A stretch of 64,000 bases of DNA from Escherichia phage vB_EcoS_Uz-1. Under the pieces are notes generated by a model. It had not been told where the DNA came from. It ran no database searches and saw nothing but the letters and a program-made list of their open reading frames with translations. Shown piece by piece: positions 42,517-53,136 of this stretch (positions are counted from its first letter, which is position 1; the number at the start of each line of letters is the position of its first letter). Position numbers and translations under genes: made by a program. The stretch lies in sequence record OP312987.1; one strand, 5' to 3'.

Positions 42517-42835
42517 GCTCACTCTCTTGGTTAAGGTGGCGATTATTATATGCTTCCAGAATCAAGTCTCTTACATATGAGCGAATCTCATAAGCAGGAC
42601 CAACTTGTTCTGACAGCCAATCTGCCACATGGGTTGGTAATGGACGGAGTACATTCTCCATGAACGTCCGACGTGTGTCGGCTGGTTCAATGTTTAAAGA
42701 ACGCAATCGCAGAGTAACCGTAGTGGGGTGAACCCCCAACGTCTTAGCGATAGTTGCGAGGGACAGACCAACAGCATTCATACGAATGATGTCTTCATCA
42801 GTTGCTTTGCGATTACTTCTGAATACTTTAGACAT
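42440..42835 (-). CDS. helix-turn-helix DNA-binding protein
   Basis: 131-aa ORF with HTH-like segment LSLATIAKTLGVHPTTVTLRL. Confidence 0.5.
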   Translation of the reverse strand: MSKVFRSNRKATDEDIIRMNAVGLSLATIAKTLGVHPTTVTLRLRSLNIEPADTRRTFMENVLRPLPTHVADWLSEQVGPAYEIRSYVRDLILEAYNNRHLNQESEHDKFIRLYAGKYGSLVPESSTKSDE

Positions 42836-42897
42836 AGCTTATTTCCTCTTCAAAGATAGCCTCACTTTATTACAAGTGAGGGCATTTGAACAGGCTA

Positions 42898-44946
42898 TTA
42901 CTTAACGTGCTTTGACAGCTTAGTAGCCAATTTGCTCTCTTCTTCAGTCAGACCCATTGCAGCTGAAGACTTCTTAGCTGCACGCTTATAGTCTTGTAGG
43001 GCATGACCTTTCTGATAGTCAGAGATAGGACTATCTTCAGGATGTACGCAGATTATCATGGCATGTTTACCAGTAATGGCAGGCTTATATTTAGTGGGTA
43101 GAACGGTCTTAGCTTGCTTCACTGGTTTTGGTTTGCCGATGGGTTTAGCTGTGTAAGTTGTACGTACATCAGCAATCTTAGCCACTACATCGGAACCAAC
43201 TCCTAAAGCAGCCCATGGCTTACGGGCCTTGCCTCGCATTTCCACAAGCAAATCAGCAGCAGCTAATTTATCTTCTGGGGTTGTTGCATTGAGGAACTCT
43301 TTGACCAGTTCCTGGATTTGTTCTTTCACAGTAGGAGCCTTCTTAATAACGGGTTTAAGGTCAGTAGCCTTCACTGGTTCAGAAGCTACAGTTTCATTCA
43401 GTGACTCTTCCATATTCAGTGCTTCTTTATTAGCAACTGTACGGAATTGTTCTACAGAACCAGATGTGAGATTAGTATATTTGAGGTTAGTACCACGATG
43501 TCCACCAACCATAACAAGTGTGGTAGGTGAACTATGGTTCCCAACGATGGCATCATTAAGCAACTTCTTACCTACTTCTGTCTTAGACAGATAGATACCG
43601 TTGTTAACGTTGCAACGTTCCTCTTCCGGCAGTTCAGCAATAATGTGATATGCAGATACACGCATCTTATTAGTGCTGTACTGAGGAACAGCAAATACAT
43701 CTTCTGGTGCTACTTTACCAAGGATAGTTACGTTACCACCGAAGCTACGAATGTAGCTCATGGATGCTACATGCAGACCATTAGAACAGTCCTGGCGACG
43801 GTCAGGGTCTACCAGGTCTTCGCGTACCTGCACTTTACATCCTACCCATTGACGAATGTTGCCTGAGTGACAATCAACGAATACACGTTTACCATTCTCT
43901 AGACTTCTATACTTCAGACGTTTCAGGAACAGGATTGAACCATCATCAGCAATAGGTAGCTCAGCAGTTTCCATGAACTTCATCAGGTCTTCAACTGAGT
44001 GTAGACGGTCTTTAATTACTGGAGCCAGACGCTCAAGGAACTTAGTAAAGCCCTTGTAGTCTTTCAGTTGGGCAGACTGACGCAAGTGACGTTGCAGGTT
44101 CTCAACTCCAGGGATAACCCCATCGTTGGTAACAGCAACAACCACTTCATCTTCCTTCACATCAGTGTGGAAGTTAGCGTCATCAGTACTAATAGCACCC
44201 AATGCAGCCAGTTTCTCAGAAGCAGCAGCCAGCTTATCCTGATTCGTAACTTTAACCTCTTCTACATAAGGCAGTGGAGTTTCATCGCGACTGGTAAATA
44301 CAATGTGTACTCCTTTGATATGTTTGGCTTGTTTAGCAAACTCACTCATTTCATCATCGGATACTGCACGAATTGCAATAGGCCATTCTTGCTTAAGAAT
44401 GCTGTCAGTATGCTTATAACTCCAACACAGTACATCATTAATAAAACGAACCAGTGCAGGATGGTTATGGTCCTTGTCCCAACCAGTAACCCACATCAGA
44501 TTGTCACGTTTATCGTAACAACCGTCTGCTACTGTTACTTCTGGTTCATTAGCCTGGACAGCCAGGAAGGTATCCATAGCTCTAGACACCAGCGTCTTAG
44601 TGGGATTTCCCAGCTTAATATCTGAGACGATTCGGGCTGGTTGAGTACTTGTACCATCTTCGAAGAACTCTTTGAGTTTAGCCTTAGCTACCTTGAAGAA
44701 ACGGACGAATCCGTTAGTGTTCTTCTCTGCTTCCAGATATTCAGTACGCAGGTTTACTTCTGGTGCAATGTTTACTTCTATCTGGTCTTTGGTAGTTCCC
44801 AGACCTTTGGTTTGTGCTTCAGATACAATACGAGCAACCCGTGGGTCGCTCTGAGGATATACAATCGTGGAGCCATCAGGCTTCCACAGTGTAAGGTTAC
44901 GACTGTCAACTGCCAGTGCGATGATAGAAATCAGTTCGATTTTCAT
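42898..44946 (-). CDS. large hypothetical protein immediately downstream of rIIA-like gene (rIIB-like by position only)
   Basis: 682-aa ORF following the rIIA-like gene on the same strand. No motif recognised; the rIIB label is positional. Confidence 0.3.
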   Translation of the reverse strand: MKIELISIIALAVDSRNLTLWKPDGSTIVYPQSDPRVARIVSEAQTKGLGTTKDQIEVNIAPEVNLRTEYLEAEKNTNGFVRFFKVAKAKLKEFFEDGTSTQPARIVSDIKLGNPTKTLVSRAMDTFLAVQANEPEVTVADGCYDKRDNLMWVTGWDKDHNHPALVRFINDVLCWSYKHTDSILKQEWPIAIRAVSDDEMSEFAKQAKHIKGVHIVFTSRDETPLPYVEEVKVTNQDKLAAASEKLAALGAISTDDANFHTDVKEDEVVVAVTNDGVIPGVENLQRHLRQSAQLKDYKGFTKFLERLAPVIKDRLHSVEDLMKFMETAELPIADDGSILFLKRLKYRSLENGKRVFVDCHSGNIRQWVGCKVQVREDLVDPDRRQDCSNGLHVASMSYIRSFGGNVTILGKVAPEDVFAVPQYSTNKMRVSAYHIIAELPEEERCNVNNGIYLSKTEVGKKLLNDAIVGNHSSPTTLVMVGGHRGTNLKYTNLTSGSVEQFRTVANKEALNMEESLNETVASEPVKATDLKPVIKKAPTVKEQIQELVKEFLNATTPEDKLAAADLLVEMRGKARKPWAALGVGSDVVAKIADVRTTYTAKPIGKPKPVKQAKTVLPTKYKPAITGKHAMIICVHPEDSPISDYQKGHALQDYKRAAKKSSAAMGLTEEESKLATKLSKHVK

Positions 44947-44950
44947 CAGA

Positions 44951-47516
44951 TTAGTTACCTTTCAGTTTATTTAGACGATTACGGTAGAGGGACTTAAACC
45001 CAGGAATATCCTCTGGATTCTTCTTAAGGTGTTTGACCAAACTACCTAAGTCCAGCGTCTGTAGGATGTCATTTTTATTCCAGCTATAACTGAATAATTC
45101 TTTGTAATCATTAAGTATTTTAAAGTACTTATGATTACGCGGATTAGTCATTATTGCATATGGCTCTAAGTCATCCACTGACTTAATACAACCCATTTCA
45201 ACAAGTTTTTCTTTGTTGTCGTGTGGTCGATTCCGTAGAAAGTCATATGCCCATTCATATTCTGGTTTAAAAATCAGATTCTGTAATGGTTTGAAGGTTA
45301 GACCAGTATGTCTAGGATTTCCCAGTATTCCCTGTCATCCAGTCCTACGTATTCCAGAATACCAATACGGTGTTCAGTAACATATTTCTTGAAGCCTTTA
45401 CTGGTAATAACTGGCATCAGCTCCATAAAGCGAACATCATCAATGTGGATAGCACCTCTCCGTTTGGCCTTGTTAGCTTCGATTTGATTACGGCAGACAA
45501 CAGTCTCTGCTCTCATCTCATCAGATAACTCATACCATTTCCACATGGTTCCAATTCGAGCAGTTACTGGGCTACCTGAACCAACCTGATTGGCTAGTAC
45601 GTAGTACTTAGGTTGCTCTACTTCAACGAAACCAGACTTATCATGGCGACTTGGGTCTGCAAATTCCTTCTGAATATAAGGCTTTGGTTCCCAATCCCCA
45701 TTTTTATTCCGTATTTGGGTAGCACCAAGAACTGCATTCAATGAAATCAGAGAATTAGTTTTACCTCCTGCCTTGGTTTTATTGGCAGCGATTGTCTTAG
45801 ACCGTTTCTCAGCAGCTATCTTAGCTTTCTCTCTACGGAAGTTAGTTGGTTTGTCCCACTCATTATATTGAGTAAGGTCGATTACCCGATAACCCATAGC
45901 AGTGAACTTAGCCACAGCTTCTTCTGCTGCACCCTTCTTAGGTCCAACGACGTGAACAAAAGCTGTACGCTCCAGGTCACCTCGATCGTACTCAGGGAAG
46001 TACGAGAAAGAGTCTGCACAGTCAGACAAACGTCGGGTAACTACAACGTTTTTGGTAGTGAATATGCCAATACTTTGGTGGGAGTTATTGTATATCCTAA
46101 AGTAGTCAGTAAGTTTACCTTTTACCAAGTCAACACGGTTACCTTGATTCATTATGTAACCAGACCACTTAATACCAGAGGTTTTCAAAGCAGCCAGCTG
46201 AGGTAAGTGCAGATGGCGATATACTAATTCCGAGAATGGGGAGTATGTACTTTCTTCACGAGTATCCTTAAGAGCACGCATAGCCTTACCATACAGTTTC
46301 TTAAGACCTGCGTATTCAGGACGAGCTAATAATGCCTTATTGGATAAATTACGCCAGTGCTTGATGTAATGCTTACGTTGCTTAGCCCACAAACTAGAGG
46401 ACATATAGCGTTGAACAGTTCTGTCTGTAACAGCACCCAGGAATGATGGATACTCCCAGAAGCGAGTAGAGGATTTAGAAGCATATTCTTCAACCTGCTT
46501 AATGGCTTCAGGAATCTTAGCCTTAATCTCTTTCTCCATACGGTCTACTAAATCTACACATAGAGTAGTAATACCATCGTCGGTTAACTTCTGGTTAGAC
46601 AGCGTTTCTCGACTAGGAGCAATAGCTAAAGTGTCTGGTGCAGCCTGAACTACTAGATTAGAAGCACCAATAATATTCATGAAGTTGAGGATAAGGCCTA
46701 CAGCTTCTTCACTAGCTGGGCTGGATACAATTGGTACATTACATTACCGTAGCGAACGTATATGTTACTGCTACCCATATAGCCTTGATACCATCTATCA
46801 GACATATCATATGAACCAGGTTCAAATGGCATGCCTAGTGTATCCAGTAGAGTGTAGTCGCCTTGTTGAATACTATTACTCTCGTCTGTTCTAATGAGTT
46901 TGGGAGTACTTAGCTCAGCTTTAATTTCACCGTTAAACACAATTGATTTGATGTAATGAATAAAGGTATTTAAATCATGTTTGCCTAACTGGAATTTAAC
47001 TTCCAGACCAGATTCCTCAGTAGGAATACCAGTAATAATAGGAACAATACCAGGCTTACCATCATTCTCAATTGCAGCCTTAGCTACGTTATATACAGAC
47101 ATCTTCCCTTGGTTCCATGATGTAACCTGGAAGCTATCTGTATAAGCGAATGGGGATTTACATCCCAGACCAAAGCCACCAGTAACACTACTGTTGGACT
47201 TCTTGGTAGATGCACCATAGACACCATAAATGGAGCCAATGAGTTCATCTTGGATACCGTTACCGAAGTCACGGAAGGTAATAAAGTTGTCAGTATCAAT
47301 GGTAATACGGATAGGAGTATCAGTCTTACCTGCTTCAATATGGGCATCCCAACTGTTACAGATAGTTTCACGGACTACTGCCAGAGTAGGGTTGTTATAC
47401 AAGGAAGTACTTAATACATGAAAGAATGCCGGGTCATCAGAGATGCCAAAGGCGATTGCTTCTTTGCCACCCAGTGTCGCTGAAGTGGCTGATTGATTGG
47501 TATCTGCAACTAACAT
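44951..47516 (-). CDS. rIIA-like protein with GHKL-type ATPase N-terminal domain; two apparent frameshifts
   Basis: Fragments 46698..47516, 45298..46680 and 44951..45196, about 855 aa combined. GHKL-like motifs ETICNSWDA, RDFGNGI, GGFGLG. Adjacent frames are open and protein-like across both junctions; the second is at an A3 run (TGGGAAATCC, coding strand) near 45315-45324. Confidence 0.55.
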
Positions 47517-47543
47517 TTATTTACTCTCCAGTTTAAATGTTGC

Positions 47544-47735
47544 TTACATTAGAACTTGTTTACACTTATCAAAAATAGCTTTACGAAGTTCAGCTTCTTC
47601 CCGTGGTTCATCATTAGGATGGTGACCTACAGGACTATTTTGAAAAGCATTCATTAGGAATAAGACCTGATACTCGGTTAAACCATTAATCTGAATGCTA
47701 TACGTTTTCTCTGAGGCGATATTTACATTAGCCAT
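47544..47735 (-). CDS. small hypothetical protein
   Basis: Track ORF 47544..47792; start preferred at ATG 47735 (MANVNIASEK), overlapping the upstream gene end by 8 nt. Confidence 0.35.
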   Translation of the reverse strand: MANVNIASEKTYSIQINGLTEYQVLFLMNAFQNSPVGHHPNDEPREEAELRKAIFDKCKQVLM

Positions 47736-48102
47736 TGCGTTTACCTGCCATTGCTTGTAATACAAACACAGCCATATCTGATGCCATGTCATCTGTTATA
47801 TCGTTGACCGTTCCATATGGTAGTGGGCCGTTCTCTTCCCAGTTATCTAACGTGTTTTGTACTTCAGCTAAACCAGCCTGAATCATTTCCTTGCTTGGTT
47901 CCAGCCATAACTTACGTTCCTCTGCTAGTGCAGCGATGCATATGCATAGAGAGGCAATGTTAGCTGGACAAGCAGCAATATCACCAGTTACTGCAATCTC
48001 ACTGAGTGGGACAGCCTTACCGGTTTTACTATGAATTACTTCAGGGTTAATCATGAATTTGCTCCAGGTTATGGGCAGGAATAGGGAAGCATGGATAGTC
48101 AC
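47728..48102 (-). CDS. hypothetical protein
   Basis: 124-aa ORF. Confidence 0.4.
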   Translation of the reverse strand: MTIHASLFLPITWSKFMINPEVIHSKTGKAVPLSEIAVTGDIAACPANIASLCICIAALAEERKLWLEPSKEMIQAGLAEVQNTLDNWEENGPLPYGTVNDITDDMASDMAVFVLQAMAGKRNG

Positions 48103-48259
48103 CGGTAGGGTCCAGTGTTACTGACACATGCAGTGTATTTGTCATTTGGGTTAGCATCTGAGCAGCATTGAAATCATCCTGGATACAGGCATATACAATG
48201 TCGCCCTTCTCACCCTCACACATTACGGGTGTGTCTTTGATACGGTATTTAGCAGGCAT
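48047..48259 (-). CDS. hypothetical protein
   Basis: 70-aa ORF immediately downstream of a terminator hairpin. Confidence 0.35.
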   Translation of the reverse strand: MPAKYRIKDTPVMCEGEKGDIVYACIQDDFNAAQMLTQMTNTLHVSVTLDPTGDYPCFPIPAHNLEQIHD

Positions 48260-48286
48260 ATGCCCTCCTGAAAGAGTTAATTGAAA

Positions 48287-48314
48287 CCAAAAAAGACCTC
48301 CCGGAGGAGGTCTT
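48287..48314 (-). terminator. intrinsic terminator (minus strand)
   Basis: AAGACCTCC-CGGA-GGAGGTCTT followed on the minus strand by TTTTTTGG. Confidence 0.5.
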
Positions 48315-48318
48315 AGGT

Positions 48319-48534
48319 TTACTTACGATTTTGTTCTACAAATCGTATCATTTGTTTTTTCACTTCTTCTTGCTCACGAATTGCTTCGTAGTCACGAGCA
48401 AAGTAGTAAACACACCATAAACCAATCTCGCTTACAAAGAACAGAATACTAGCTCGAATGAACTGCATATCTGTTTCTACGACAAAGGCAACTTTGTATG
48501 CGTAGGTCAGTGTTAGTAGGGTACTAATTAGCAT
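48319..48534 (-). CDS. small membrane protein
   Basis: 71-aa ORF with two hydrophobic helices. Confidence 0.4.
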   Translation of the reverse strand: MLISTLLTLTYAYKVAFVVETDMQFIRASILFFVSEIGLWCVYYFARDYEAIREQEEVKKQMIRFVEQNRK

Positions 48535-48553
48535 TGCGTATAGAGCTAGTTTT

Positions 48554-49498
48554 TCATTCTGTAATTGTTTCTCCGGGGATTAGTTTACGGAATTGGATGA
48601 AATCCAGTAAGTTGCCAGAATACAGCTTACCTTCACGGTCCATAGATGTAACACCCTGTTCCCATGTTAATGGGTTCTGGTTGTTCACATACTTATCACC
48701 AACAGTCATAGGAGTTGCCTGGTGTTCGGTAGGGGATGCATGAATAGGTTGGTTTTCAACTAACTTAGCAAACAATCCTAAGTCCTCTTCAATAGTAGAT
48801 GGACGGCCTTCGAAATTGTTGTAAGAAGCACGAGCACAACGAGCAGCACTTACTTTAAGAAGTAAGCCATACACTTCTTCACGACTTGGCTCATCACGAG
48901 TAATTCGCTGATGTTTGCAGTAATTATAAGCCCCGACACGATCAATATGAGCAATATACGGTAAATGCCATTCCCCTTGTGGGAGTGCTCTCGTAGTGCT
49001 TTCATTGTGTGCCTTACGCATTGCTTGAGCCAGTTCACGAATCTCTGGTTGAGCGTCCTCATGGTCACGCAATCCATAGAAGTTAGTCCAGCTAGTTGAA
49101 GTTACCACTACACGGATATGTGTGAATGGTTCCAGAATACGGTTAACAATCTGCTTATGTACTTGACCACGACGAAGCATTTCTGCATAGGTAGCAGCAC
49201 TGGACGCAGCCTGATTCCAGATAAAGATTGCATCTACGTTGGTCTTCGGACTGAGTTCCTCAAATGCCTGCATACCCTTCTGGTTCTTACCCCAGTGACT
49301 TGGCATCACTGGTTCATTACGAACCTGTTCGATGAACTTAGAAGTAGGGATAGCACGACTACTTGAAGCATTTCGGTTGAATACACGGTGAGTCATAAAC
49401 TCACTGTGGATGAATCGGGGGTAAACCAATTCAAAGGTAGTAATACGAGTTCCTGTTTCTGGGTGAACGGAATCTGCAATGACAGTTGCCTTAATCAT
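48554..49498 (-). CDS. thyX: flavin-dependent thymidylate synthase (ThyX)
   Basis: ThyX signature RHRxxxxxS present (EFMTHRVFNRNASSSRAIP); 314 aa. Confidence 0.7.
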   Translation of the reverse strand: MIKATVIADSVHPETGTRITTFELVYPRFIHSEFMTHRVFNRNASSSRAIPTSKFIEQVRNEPVMPSHWGKNQKGMQAFEELSPKTNVDAIFIWNQAASSAATYAEMLRRGQVHKQIVNRILEPFTHIRVVVTSTSWTNFYGLRDHEDAQPEIRELAQAMRKAHNESTTRALPQGEWHLPYIAHIDRVGAYNYCKHQRITRDEPSREEVYGLLLKVSAARCARASYNNFEGRPSTIEEDLGLFAKLVENQPIHASPTEHQATPMTVGDKYVNNQNPLTWEQGVTSMDREGKLYSGNLLDFIQFRKLIPGETITE

Positions 49499-49941
49499 TA
49501 GAATGACCTTAGATAGTTGGTGATACCACTTCTCGTCTCTGTAATCCTCTTAACCTGAACATATACCAGCTTAAACTCACTACGAGGTAGTTCTTGTAAT
49601 ACTGCTATACCTTCGGTAAGGGCCACAGAACACGCTACAGCGGTTTCTTTTTTAAAGGAGTACAAGTCTTCATACATGAGGGCTTCATACTCCCTACGGA
49701 GCATACAGAGAGCATCTCTTGCTTTATCACTTACTTCTTGTGAACCAGCAGACATAGCTAAGCTGTATATGATAAAGACTTGTTCAAAAACAAAGTCCAG
49801 TAATCTATCAGGATTGTTAGTCCCCATAAATAATTTTGTTGTGTAGGAACGAGCTTTACGGTTGAGTTCATACTCATCCTCTATGCCTTTATTGTAAAGA
49901 ACAGGATTTCGTTCCCTTTTCCGTAGGAATGGGATACGCAT
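49498..49941 (-). CDS. hypothetical protein
   Basis: 147-aa ORF, start overlapping the upstream stop. Confidence 0.4.
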   Translation of the reverse strand: MRIPFLRKRERNPVLYNKGIEDEYELNRKARSYTTKLFMGTNNPDRLLDFVFEQVFIIYSLAMSAGSQEVSDKARDALCMLRREYEALMYEDLYSFKKETAVACSVALTEGIAVLQELPRSEFKLVYVQVKRITETRSGITNYLRSF

Positions 49942-50321
49942 TAGTATTTACTGCCTCTTCTATACCAAGGATAGTGATGGGTAGTACTTTTACCTTTGAA
50001 CACATCCTTAGTACGCGGATTCTTTTGTATTTGAGCCAGGTAAAGAGGTATTTCGTCATAACACGGGTTAAGCCAAAACAAATCTATGATTCGGTCTACC
50101 TTAGTTTTCAGATTAGGTTCTAGGGGAATGTATGAATTAAAAGGTCTGCTAGTAGTCCATCCTCTCTGAACAAGAACCTGCATTGTTGTATAAAGATCTA
50201 ATTCATTTCCATTCTCTACTTGATCATGAATAGTTTTACCTAAAGTAAGCATTGCAGTTTGTTCCAGCTTACTTAAGTCCAATCCTTGCAGGATAGACTT
50301 ACCATTTTGTCTACTTGACAT
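49941..50321 (-). CDS. hypothetical protein
   Basis: 126-aa ORF following a terminator. Confidence 0.4.
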   Translation of the reverse strand: MSSRQNGKSILQGLDLSKLEQTAMLTLGKTIHDQVENGNELDLYTTMQVLVQRGWTTSRPFNSYIPLEPNLKTKVDRIIDLFWLNPCYDEIPLYLAQIQKNPRTKDVFKGKSTTHHYPWYRRGSKY

Positions 50322-50334
50322 AAGAGTACCTGTA

Positions 50335-50364
50335 AATAAAAAAGCCCACTGGTTAGGTGGGCTT
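50335..50364 (-). terminator. intrinsic terminator (minus strand)
   Basis: AAGCCCAC-TGGTTAG-GTGGGCTT followed on the minus strand by TTTTTTATTT. Confidence 0.5.
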
Positions 50365-50476
50365 GGGTTAGGAGATGGATAAGCAATGAGCTGGAAGTAA
50401 CTTCCGCAAGCACCACTATGTAATGATGCTTAGATTAGTTACTCTGCTTTGCTACTACCGTTTGAGACTACAACAG

Positions 50477-50716
50477 TTACGATTGTAGTCTGAGACTGCC
50501 TTTATTAGACAGTGCCCAAATTAGTGCTACTACCCAGAAGACTAAAGACCAGCCTAATACGATATTGAGCACACCAATGCCCCACTTGGAGGCATGGCCT
50601 CGTGCAAAAGCAATGATAGTAGGGATGAGGTATACAGCTATTATGAATAAGAAAACAAGGATTGCTGCTAAAGATTCCATGATGGTTCCTATGTGGGGTT
50701 GAGTTAGTTTCTTCAC
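50477..50716 (-). CDS. small membrane protein (two TM helices)
   Basis: 79-aa ORF, strongly hydrophobic. Confidence 0.45.
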   Translation of the reverse strand: MKKLTQPHIGTIMESLAAILVFLFIIAVYLIPTIIAFARGHASKWGIGVLNIVLGWSLVFWVVALIWALSNKGSLRLQS

Positions 50717-50753
50717 AAATAGCCCAACTATGCTGGGCTATTTAGGCAGCTAC

Positions 50754-50963
50754 TTACTCAGCATCTTTGCTTGCAGAAGCAAGAGCTTTCTTCAGGTAAT
50801 TACGTACTGAACGATAGGTTTCTTTAGTATCCATAGCATTATCATTTACGAAAGTGATACGTGCACAATCAGACAGCGGAATCTGCTCCACTGCAATTAC
50901 ATTTGCAGCATTAATGGTTACACGTACATCTGAGGTTGCATGAGTTACTTGAAATACTGACAT
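50754..50963 (-). CDS. hypothetical protein
   Basis: 69-aa ORF. Confidence 0.35.
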   Translation of the reverse strand: MSVFQVTHATSDVRVTINAANVIAVEQIPLSDCARITFVNDNAMDTKETYRSVRNYLKKALASASKDAE

Positions 50964-50972
50964 GTTGTTTCC

Positions 50973-51479
50973 TTAATTAAGCCGTCTAGCAGCTACTGGT
51001 TTATCTTCCTGGTTCTGATACTTGCCATTGTAATTAGCAGGTTCTTGAACCAGATGAAATAATACTTGAGCTATCCCAGCACCAGCCGGGATATGCAATT
51101 TCTTACGACCATGATAGACCAGTTCGAGGGTAAGATACCCTTTCCATCCTGGTTCTATTACGGTATTGAACACTGATAATGCACGTCTTGCCCACGTAGA
51201 CTTATCGTGAACGATGGCTACACAGGACGGGGACATATTAAACTTCTCAATTGCTGAGGCCAAGGCGAACTTACCGAGATGGCGTGATACTTGATTTCCA
51301 TCAACGACTTTCACCATTGGAATCAACCCAAATAAGCGATAGAAGGTAATATCCTGTTTGATACGAATATCATAACCAGCTTCACCTAATCCGTAGCTTA
51401 CACCATGCTTAGATACCTTACGGTCTGGGACATCCAGCAGCTGAGATGAACGGTATAGAGAATTACCATTAACAACCAT
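50973..51479 (-). CDS. dCTP deaminase/dUTPase-family protein
   Basis: SYGLGEAGYDIRI and GWKGYLTLEL motifs resemble the dCTP deaminase/dUTPase fold. Confidence 0.55.
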   Translation of the reverse strand: MVVNGNSLYRSSQLLDVPDRKVSKHGVSYGLGEAGYDIRIKQDITFYRLFGLIPMVKVVDGNQVSRHLGKFALASAIEKFNMSPSCVAIVHDKSTWARRALSVFNTVIEPGWKGYLTLELVYHGRKKLHIPAGAGIAQVLFHLVQEPANYNGKYQNQEDKPVAARRLN

Positions 51480-52651
51480 TATTTCATTCCTTTAGGGATA
51501 TGAACTACCTCCCCAAAAGGTACGGTAGCATTGGGATTATTCAGAACACACCAGATGATAGGAATATCAAATGGCAATTCTTCCATTGGACGAACATACA
51601 TATCGGAGAATATGATTGCAGCGGTTGGCTTATTCTTAATAATCCAATCACGTACTGGTTCCAGGTTTGTACCACCACGACCTGTAATCTTAATCTCTTC
51701 AAATGTATCTTCTTCAGTGATGTCTATCTCTTCTTGGATAATATCGTCGAAGGTAATTAGGGACATCTTCTTAGGATTGAACTGGCTTTTAACGTAGGCA
51801 ACCTCTGAGTTAAATCGCAGAGAGTCTGCACTACTAATAGAACCAGATACATCTTCAAAGTAGGCCAGGTGTCGTAAACGTCCTTCATCATCTTCCATAG
51901 AAGGTAGATAGATATCAGTAAAACGACGGTTAGGTCTGGCCCATGTATAACGTGATTCATCAATGTCGGTAAAAAGTTCATCAGAACTTCTTGCCATGGA
52001 ACCACTGGTTTAAGAAATTGGGTAATAACCTCTTCCATACGACCAGCACCCTTACCTGGCATCTGTCCACCAGCCATTTTCTGGCTTTGCATTGCACGTA
52101 CTACGTTGTTGACAACAGCACCCTGGGACTGCCCGGAGTGGGGATTTCATGTCGCCAGCAAGACCTGCTCCAGCACCCCCTGACGGCTTCTGCCTTTTCT
52201 GAGGGTTCTTCATCAAGTCATCGTAGATATCTTCTTCGACCCATCCTTTATATTGAGGGTCTTTGCAAATACCTTTGTCGATACCAGTGAATTTGTAACC
52301 ATCTTCTTCTAACTGAAGGTTAATGAAGTGGTCACATGCCTGGTTCCAGACTTCTGGGTCACGGCTTCCACGACGGATGTCATGTAGATATGCCACATGC
52401 CAGAGTTCGTGCATTAACACTGTTTCTCTTGCGTCTGGACACATCCAGATAAAGAAATCTGGATTGAAATGGAGTTCTATCCCATCGGTACATGCAGTGG
52501 GACAATCCTCGCGTTTCCACGAGAACTTAAGACTACATAGTAATGAACCAAAGAACGCAGCGCTTCGACCTAGGAAAGCCTGAGCTTGAATACGATCATA
52601 TTCACGCATGAGTTGTTCATCTGTGAGACTATGCGTAGGTATACTGTTCAT
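51479..52651 (-). CDS. metallopeptidase-like (HExxH) plus VWA domain protein; two apparent frameshifts
   Basis: Fragments 52052..52651 (HELWH motif), 51757..52092 and 51479..51997 (VWA MIDAS-like DVSGS). First break at a C4 run on the coding strand (plus strand GGGG at 52140..52143). Confidence 0.5.
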
Positions 52652-53129
52652 TAGGGTGCTCCATGATTGGGGTGATAGCCATACAGTTTTTCAGCCGCTT
52701 TTCTGGCGTCTATGGCATCTTGCTTGTCTGCAAAAGTGCCCAAACTTACCAGACGTGTTCCATCAGATATAGCTGCATACCAGATGGAATCACGCTTGTG
52801 CCAGTACACACCAGTAACACCACTGGAATTAGTTACCCGTTTCTTTTGGTTTCTGGTGTTAGTTCTGCTGTCTACTAATCTAAAGTTACTTAGAAGGTTA
52901 TTAACCCTATTGTGGTCTAGGTGATCAATCTGCATACCTTTCGGGATAGGTCCATTGTGCATTTCCCATATGACACGGTGCACTTTGTAACTTTTGCCCT
53001 TATAGTTGAAGCATAAATAACCATCGCTATTTAGATTACCTACCTTTTTCCAGCAATGCCTCTGGAGGCTACTGTAACTTTCCAGAATAGCTCCCCATTT
53101 ATGTAAACGAGTATGTCATTCCAGTTCAT
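52651..53129 (-). CDS. HNH homing endonuclease with AP2 domain; disrupted by a 1-nt deletion in an A-run
   Basis: True start ATG 53129 gives MNWNDILVYINGELFWKVTVASRGIAGKR then stop; the downstream frame continues VGNLNSDGYLCFNYKGKSYKVHRVIWEMHNGPIPKGMQIDHLDHNR (HNH_3) and an AP2-like C-terminus. The frames join at GGAAAAAGG (plus strand T5 at 53045..53049). Confidence 0.6.
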
Positions 53130-53136
53130 GTTGTGA

